Positions 56,097-64,000 of a stretch of DNA of 64,000 nucleotides are shown piece after piece. This DNA comes from Octopus vulgaris (taxonomy: Eukaryota): NCBI GenBank assembly GCA_951406725.2, contig OX597815.1, forward strand, positions 198,028,001-198,092,000. Direction: 5' to 3'. Position numbers and translations under genes: made by a program. Under the pieces are notes generated by a model that worked only from the letters and a program-made list of their open reading frames with translations, was not told where the DNA came from and searched no databases. Every line of letters begins with the position of its first letter. Position 1 is the first letter of the stretch.

Positions 56097-56310
56097 GTCT
56101 ATTTGTTTCAGTCATTTGACTGCGGCCTTGCTGCAGAAGCGCCTTTAGTCGAGTAAATTGAATCCAGGACTTATTCTTTCTAAGCCTAGTACATATTCTA
56201 TCGGTCTCTTGTGCCGAACCGCTACATTACCGGGACGTAAACACACTAGCATCGGTTGTCAAGCGAGGCTCGGGGGACACCCAAACATATAAACAAGCAT
56301 ACATATTTAC

Positions 56311-56389
<79 letters not shown>

Positions 56390-56503
56390 ATGTCTTCTAT
56401 AGCCCGAGGCTATAGTAGAAGACACTTGCCCAAGGTTCCACGCAGTGGGACTGAACCCAGAACCATGTGGTTGGTAAGCAAGCTACTTACCACACAGCCA
56501 CTC
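56097..56503 (-). mobile_element. SINE-A with internal deletion, tail-to-tail with the previous copy
   Basis: Reverse complement of SINE-A. Confidence 0.9.
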
Positions 56504-56706
56504 ATGTGCCTAATTAACTTTTTAATTTTTTTTTGTTCTGTTGAAGGTGAAACATTTTTTGTACTTGGGGGTGATAAGCAAAAGTACCGATAGTTTTCAT
56601 TGAATGAAGGAGAGATAACCCAATTTTTTAAGGAGAGTGAGATTATCAAAGCGTACCAATGATCATAATAGTTATAGTAACGGTTAAAGTGGTAATGATA
56701 ATACTA

Positions 56707-56707
<1 letters not shown>

Positions 56708-56793
<86 letters not shown>

Positions 56794-56809
56794 GCTGCTA
56801 CTGCTGCTG

Positions 56810-56906
<97 letters not shown>
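56708..56906. repeat. (ACT)n microsatellite
   Basis: Direct reading. Confidence 0.97.
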
Positions 56907-57436
56907 CAACAGCAACAATAATAAATGTGATGCTGATGATGGTTGTAGTCTTAACCGTATCAACATTGATTTGATTGAAATGTAAAATTTCTGGAGAACC
57001 ATTGGAATAACAGCAATTCAGTACATATGTACTGAACATATTTTTTTATAATGTGGTATATTTAGGATATATGTATAACTTATTATATTTTAGCTGTAAA
57101 TAAATGAACTTATTGAGTTGTAAAAGTTCTATTGCTTCTAATTGTGACACGTAAACTGAATTCCGTCCATATTGCACAAACAATTTCGAAAGGTAACCAG
57201 AGCAAATCCATTTTTACTGTATTAGTTTGTAGCATAACGTGTTAAATGTCGCATAAAGCCAGACTTGATTTAAAGTTATGTTTGGTCTGTGTGCAATGCT
57301 GTGTTTTATATAGATTCATTCCGGTGATAATCATGGGGATATCAAATTGATAGCCTGAGATATTTTTATTTGTTGGTAATGTTCTTTGTCAGCAGTTTCT
57401 AACCTTTGCGTTATGCATTTAGCATTTAATCTTTCT

Positions 57437-57826
57437 AAGGTGGCGAGCTGGTAGGAACGTTAGCACGGCGGCCGAAATGATAAGCAGTATTTCATCTGCC
57501 GATACCTTCTGAGTTCAAATTCCGCCGAGCTCTACTTTGCCTTTCATTCTTTCGGAGTCGATTAAATAAGTACCAGTTATGCACTGGGGTCGATATAATC
57601 GACTTATTCCGCTTGTCTGTCCTTGTTTGTCCCCTCTGTGTTTATCCCCTTGTGGGTAGTAAAGAAATAGGTATTTCGTCTGACTTTACGTTCTGAGTTC
57701 TAATTCCGCCGAGGTCGACTTTGGCTTTAATCCTTTCGGGGTCGATAAATTAAGTAGCAATTACGCACTAGGGCCGATCTAATCCCCGTCCCCAAAATTT
57801 CGGGCCTTTTGCCTAGGATAGAAAGC
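57437..57826 (+). mobile_element. SINE-B dimer
   Basis: Same two-unit structure and junction as 39424-39796. Confidence 0.9.
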
Positions 57827-58266
57827 AATATAGAATTTTTTTCCTCGAAAGTGTGTATGTGCCATGATAGTGACTGTATGTTTCCAATTAATTGGTTTAT
57901 GGTATTTAAAACAAATTTGAAAGTTGTCAAGTAGATTTTTTAATGAAAGTGACTATATAATCTTTTATTCTGGTATGGTTATGCTGTGAGTTTTGATGTT
58001 CGTGATTCTTCATACATTGGTTGTTGTTTTATATAATTCATTTCTAGTGAAAACTAACTTTTTATTTAATAACATCATTAACCACGTCAATCATCACCCG
58101 CCAAACTTACCAGCTTTCGCCTAAATCAACGTCACTTATATTTAGGGAAATATAGTCGTTTACTTTCTAAAACTGTTTTCTGTTTTGACTGAACATAGAG
58201 TAGCATAATTATTAGCTATCTGACCCTTCTACTGATGACATTTTGGTAGACATCATAAAGGAAATA

Positions 58267-58559
58267 CGGAGATGTACTTGCATAGCAAGTGATTTAATCT
58301 GAGATCGTGTGCTGAAACGAAAACAATTGCAGCTTAGAAGGTGTTTGTAAGCCATTTAAGAAACACACAAAAGCCGTTCGGTTAACTTCAACATTTAAGT
58401 TTAATTCGTCAAAATGTTTTCGTCGCTTTAAGACCGGATTTTTTTCAGTGAACAGGTCGCGATCTTAAAGCGACGAAAATATTTTGACAAATTAAACTTA
58501 AATATTGAAGTGAATCGAACGGCTTTTGTGTGTTTCTTAAATGGCTTACAAACACCTTC
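58267..58559. mobile_element. Penelope-like insertion with ~97-bp inverted arms and 13-bp TSD
   Basis: Arms at about 58337-58433 and 58463-58559; flanking direct repeat cataaaggaaata at 58254-58266 and 58560-58572. Confidence 0.8.
58441..58491 (+). ncRNA. Hammerhead motif, G3-C8 core variant
   Basis: tttttca-GTGAACA-g-gtcgc gatcttaaa gcgac-GAAA-ATATT-T-tgacaaa: stem I 6 of 7 paired, stem II 5 bp, palindromic stem III AATATT. Confidence 0.6.
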
Positions 58560-58627
58560 CATAAAGGAAATATTTGTCGACTTATTCGCTGGATGGTTGT
58601 TTGGTTGGTATGTTGCTAATATGAATA

Positions 58628-58950
58628 TAGGCAAAATGGCTGTGTGGTAGGAAGTTTGCTTCCCAGTCGTATGATTTTCTTTTCTGCGTCACTGACTGGA
58701 ATCTTAGGCTTTTGTCTTTTTCTCTAATATAGCTGCGGGCCGGGTAAATCCTTACTTGTGGATTGGTAGACGGAAACTCAAAGAAAATGAATATCCCTGA
58801 CAATCGGAGTTGATTTGTGCACGTTCCCAGCAGAAGAAACTGGTAAAAGTAGAAACAAGCGTTAACAAATTTAGTATTGTCGTTGGTTTGTTCGACAAAA
58901 CTCTTCTGGAAATGCTCCAGCATGGATACAATCCAATGATTGAAGCAACT
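58628..58950 (+). mobile_element. Degenerate SINE-A
   Basis: tggctgtgtggtaggaagtttgct...ggtagacggaaact...gctccagcatgg. Confidence 0.7.
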
Positions 58951-59395
58951 AAAATATATAAAAAAACAGTTTTTGTTAGACGAACATTTCTAATATACAT
59001 AATTCACTTATCATATCCATGCTTGTGTAACCTTACTAGTTTAGTATAAATGTGCTAAATTGAATGTAGTTAAATATATTTCTGCTACATTGTAGGCGTG
59101 ATGTTTTATTTTAGTATTGGCAAGACAGTGCAATGCTAAAAGCATTAAAGAAATTGAATATACGATGGGTGTTGCAAATGAACACGTTGGCGTAGTATGT
59201 TTTCTTTCCACATTACAGAGATGAAAAATATTACCATGCATAAAGTGATTTTTTCCAAGGTGGATAGATAGCTACCAGCATTAATTATATCCTGCATCCC
59301 AATAGCATCCATTAAACGTGATATCACACAAAGAAATAAGAATTGCATAATACGTAAATATTTACATACTTACACACACACATATGAATATATAT

Positions 59396-59447
<52 letters not shown>

Positions 59448-60024
59448 GTACATGTGCGTGTGTGAGTGAATATATATCTCATATATTAATGGAATATAGC
59501 GGAATATAAAAATGAAATAGCAAGTCTTTCAGCAACAATCCATAATATTTGTTACAGGTTTCCTTCGTGGGTATTTGTATTTCTTTCTGACAGAACACTT
59601 ATTTTCACGAAATTTTTCTAAGTTAGGAAAAACATATATATTGCATATATGAAATTATAAAAATGAGGCAAGTGTATATAAACCGAAAAATCCACGAAGC
59701 AACATGAATTCCATTTTTTCCTTCGTGTAACAAACAAGAAAATATGTTTTACTCATGTTTCGCCGTGGTATTTGATTAAATACTTTAACATCAAATGTGT
59801 CAACTGATTAAATCAGGTGATTGAATTCCTCTGCTTGTAGAAATTTGTGCGCATCTGCATAAGGTAAAATACTGAAAAAAATATAGTAAGCAATATTATT
59901 AATAACGAGAAGAAAATTAAAACATCACTATCAAAATCCAGCAACAACGAAATTAAGAACAAAAATAAAAATAGTAGTCATAAAAATATTATGATTATAA
60001 TCATAAAGCAACATTAACAATAGA

Positions 60025-60160
<136 letters not shown>

Positions 60161-61395
60161 GACGTGGATCGCCTTTACCTTCCCAGAGCTCAGGGAGGTC
60201 GAGGTTTGATCCAGCTTGAACTTACATACAAAACCACCACAATCGGACTGGCCAAATACCTTGAAGCAACCAACGATTGGATGCTAAAACTTGTTGAAAA
60301 ACATGAAAGACCTAAAAAACTTCACTCTATTCTCAAAGAGAGCAAAGAATTCGCTGCTGAACTCTTAGATACCTGCCAGATTGAGCAGGCTGAAGGAAAT
60401 GTGCCAACTGCGGCTGCAAAGAAAATAAAATTAATTGCAAAGACAAAAGCACCTGAAAATTTAGCTAGCACATGGGGACAGAAACCTCTCCATGGCAAGT
60501 ATGTGGCCCGTAGCAAAAAAGCTGATGTCGACCAGAAACACACACCCCAATGGTTACGAAGTTCAGGGCTAAAAGCAGAGAGTGAAGGTTTCATATTAGC
60601 TGCTCAAGACCAAAGCTTTTTTACCCGGAACTACCAAGCCAATTTGATGAAAAATGGAGCTGACCCAAAATGCCGATTCTGTAACGATGTGATTGAAACA
60701 ATAGACCACCTAATCTCAGGATGTAGAGTCTTAGCACCTGCAGAATATAAAGAAAAGACATGACAGAGTCGGTCAGTATTTACACTGTCTGCATTATAAA
60801 ATCAAAATCGCTGACAAATGGTATAAACATCATCCTGAAGCTGTGACTGAGGGAGAAAATGTGTCGATTCTATGGGACTTCCCCGTGCAGACCAACAGGA
60901 CTATAAAAGCCAATAAACCGGATATCATTATAAAAGATCAGACAAAAAGGATGTGTTTATTAATTGACATGAGTATTCCCTGTGATCACAATATAGCGGC
61001 GAAAGAATTTGACAAGATTAGTAAATATAAAGACCTGCTAATGGAAATTGAAAAAATGTAGCATCTCAAGGCGACTACAGTACCAGTGATTGTAGGATCT
61101 CTAGGAATGATAAAAAAAGGCAATAAAACCTATTTGAAAATGATTCCAGGCTTACCACCCCTACAGGAAGTGCAAAAAATCGTATTAACTGGAACGGCTC
61201 ATGTACTGAGAAGAGCACTATCGCTGTGAAAATAACATCCATCCATGAATTTATTTATTTATTAATTTTCAAATACATATTTTATCTGTGAATTTGCGCG
61301 TGTAATCTGGGAATCCATACAATGCCCTTCTCTGCCCTAGGTGTATGGAAAACACTCGGCGAGAAACGGAAGAAAATTTGAAGAAAGGAAAAAAC
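60161..61395 (+). mobile_element. 5'-truncated R4/Dong-clade LINE inserted in (AAT)n
   Basis: DRLYLPRAQGGRGL, AAQDQ, CCHC knuckle CRFC...H...C, RHD and PD..D..K RLE motifs. Stop at 61227-61229, then a 3' UTR. Frameshift near 60755 and TAG at 61059-61061. (AAT)n on both sides. Confidence 0.93.
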
Positions 61396-61406
61396 ATAAT
61401 AATAAC

Positions 61407-61478
<72 letters not shown>

Positions 61479-61504
61479 CGAAATAATATTATGATTATTA
61501 TCAT

Positions 61505-61628
61505 AAAACCCTCAAGGATGAAAGGTGAAGTTCACCTCGGCGGAATTTAAGCTTAGAAAGAAAAAATTTACAAAATGAGCTGAGCATTTTTCAAGGGACG
61601 CTAATGATTCAGCCTGCTCGCCGCCTTA
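61505..61628 (-). mobile_element. SINE-B 5' fragment
   Basis: ggatgaaaggtgaagttcacctcggcggaattt...gctcgccgcctt. Confidence 0.7.
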
Positions 61629-61691
61629 AGTGCAATAATACTATCGTTATTATTATTATTATTATTATCATTATTATTATTATTATTATTA

Positions 61692-62030
61692 TTGAGTGAG
61701 AGAGCAGTTCATGCCATCAAAGTGACACTGGGGTCAAATATACGAATCCCAATATACCCATCATGACTACCCGTCTGATAAGGGTACACCAGGCACATGC
61801 ATCACAAACATGTGCGCGACATGGTGATATCATATCAAGATAAACAGCACATGACCTTGCAGGTGGGGCCCAGTTAGAATTTTGTTCAGGTCGAGTAACC
61901 CATCCCGCTCTAAATATCCCTGAATAAGGGTTGTTTAAGGATGTTAAAGGAACCACTCATGTTTCCAGAGGTGAATTATTCAAACCCCAAAGAATCCCTC
62001 TCAACACATGGCTATGATGCTCCCCCACTT
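61692..62030 (-). mobile_element. Repeat family C, 5'-truncated copy in (ATT)n
   Basis: Inverted homolog of about 28675-29018. Confidence 0.85.
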
Positions 62031-62058
62031 ATTATTATTATTATTATTATTGTTGTTG

Positions 62059-62120
<62 letters not shown>

Positions 62121-62129
62121 TATTATTAC

Positions 62130-62165
<36 letters not shown>

Positions 62166-62399
62166 CATTATTATTATTATTATTATTACTATTAATATTA
62201 TTATTATTATTATTGTCGTTGTTGTTGTTTCCGTTGCTGTTGTGGATACTGATTTTCTTTAACTGATTTCTTTGTCTTTATCGTCAAGTCTTGCCTATGT
62301 ATTTCTATCGTATTGTTTCTCTGCCATTTACTCTCTGCTCTTCGTCCCAATCTTTATTTCGTTGTATACATTTCCTAGTATATATAACTATATATGTCT

Positions 62400-62704
62400 G
62401 TAAATATAATACGTGACAATTATTCGGTAGCCATGGTAAAACTCCGATTTTCCGATGTCAGGGCGGAAACCTACGCCGCCGTCTCTTCAGTCATCCGGCA
62501 ATCGAAAAAATGCTATGACACGAAGATAAAAAAGCTATTAGAATGACCGCCAAGTAAGGGGATGGAGTAAAGGTGAGTAAAAATATTCATAGCAATCGAA
62601 TAAGTGCGCATATGCCCACGAGCATATGGCGTAGTGGTTAAGAGCGCGGGCTACTAACCCCAAGATTCCGAGTTCGATTGAGGGCAGTGACCTAAATGGT
62701 GATG

Positions 62705-62774
<70 letters not shown>

Positions 62775-62930
62775 CAACAACAACAAAAATATCGAAAAAT
62801 ACCTTAGGAATGAGAAACCAGGTTCGAAATTTCCCCAAGACACCTGATGAAGGCTGGAGGGTTTAGCAGCCGAAACATTGTGTTAACAACAAACAAGATG
62901 AGGACAAATATCCGTCAAATATAATTAATG
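62400..62930 (+). mobile_element. Composite element: tRNA-like Pol III promoter between two oppositely oriented HHR motifs
   Basis: TGGCGTAGTGGTT (62618) and GAGTTCGATT boxes, (AAT)n, plus-strand HHR at 62840-62883 and minus-strand degenerate HHR at 62435-62495. Element boundaries are approximate. Confidence 0.65.
62840..62883 (+). ncRNA. Near-intact minimal hammerhead
   Basis: acac-CTGATGA-a-ggctg gagggtttag cagcc-GAAAC(A)TT-gtgt; one substitution in stem III (ACAT for palindromic ACGT). Confidence 0.65.
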
Positions 62931-62989
62931 TAATTTTTTCTTTAGTTACACAATTTTCAGTTCTGATAACGCCCGTCTTCTTTGTGTGT

Positions 62990-63500
62990 TACAACAGAGG
63001 CTCCGCAGAATTTTTTATATAGCACCCGAGGCTGTTTTCATCTGCTTCGATACAGTCCTGGCAACCACTCCCAACCTTTCGTCTGGACACGTACAGCCTA
63101 TCGGTGTCACTTTTACGGTGGATGACTCCGTGTACTGTCAACATTTTTCTTCGTCTTTTTATCCATTTTGTCCATTTCTCGCTTTTGCCCTTTTACAATT
63201 CCCGGTCCATACTGAAGTGATGCTATCGCCCACGTATCAACTGCTTGGATTTTATTCCATCCATGTCATTTTGAGCGCAGCGACAACCTCAGTCTTTGGG
63301 AATACTCCATCCTTAGTTGCTCATTTATTTCCTCTTCCATTATCTCGCTGCACTGTAGTACACAAAGGTAGCTGAATCCTTCCGTTTCAATTAGCTTAAT
63401 CAGGTCACTATCGGTAATTCTATCCATACTGAGCAATGTACCGTGCCTCTTTTTATGTAGATTACTCCGCAATATTTTTGTCCAAAGTCCATTCAAATAT
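62990..63500 (-). mobile_element. Decayed R4/Dong LINE RT C-terminal fragment
   Basis: IKLIETEGFSYLCVL...EYSQRLRLSLRSK and HRKSDTDRLYVSR, matching the DRLY.PR..GGRGL motif. Confidence 0.75.
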
Positions 63501-63704
63501 TAGTACTAAAACAGTGGACCGTGTTCACCAATGACTTATGTCTTACTTTTGCTATAGTTACAAATCATCCAGGAAGAGGAGGTGGCTGATTGTTTGCGGT
63601 TTTTCCTTTAGTTGATACACCAGGTTCATTTTTCCTGTGTCCCAAGGTCAGGGGTATCATGCAGATCACGACAAGCAATGGGATATCATCATCATCATCA
63701 TAAT

Positions 63705-63737
<33 letters not shown>

Positions 63738-63778
63738 CATCATCATTGTTATTGTTATTGTTATTATTATTATTGTTA

Positions 63779-63856
<78 letters not shown>

Positions 63857-64000
63857 GTGCAGTGAGCTAGGAGATTCGTTAGCAATCATAATCATTATTA
63901 TTTAGTTGTCTCATTGTTACCACGTGTTTTGACCGCATACAGTGGAGCCCTGTATGCTTTAGTTATGCACGCTTGTTTCGTTTTGTTACTGTATTGAAAG

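Noticed and set aside
59550-59710. Possible HHR with very long stem II (cttcgtgg/ccacgaag, GAAACCTGTA on the minus strand)
   Set aside because: No recognisable CUGANGA-type core.
60164-60763. 199-aa ORF as a host gene
   Set aside because: Fragment of a 5'-truncated, frameshifted R4/Dong retrotransposon.
62612-62692. Functional tRNA gene
   Set aside because: A and B boxes are present but the T-arm and acceptor stem do not close; it is a SINE-like head.

Overview
AT-rich, microsatellite-saturated eukaryotic non-coding DNA. The repeat inventory strongly suggests an octopus (coleoid cephalopod) genome; this is an inference, not a database result. No intact protein-coding gene is supported: almost all listed ORFs are translations of (TA)n, (CA)n, (AAT)n or (ACT)n tracts. 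The window holds many tRNA-derived SINEs (three families), decayed LINEs (R4/Dong, CR1-like, Tx1-like, Penelope), DNA transposon relics (DD41D, mariner, Helitrons, a MITE), a possible solo LTR and a 5S rRNA pseudogene. The most notable signal is about ten type I hammerhead ribozyme (HHR) motifs in Penelope-like elements, mostly beside (TA)n tracts. Their catalytic 3-8 pair covaries (C3-G8, U3-A8, G3-C8). They include a direct-repeat HHR pair enclosing an antisense HHR (6640-8100) and a tRNA-promoter element flanked by HHR motifs on opposite strands (62400-62930). Folds were read by eye and no searches were run.
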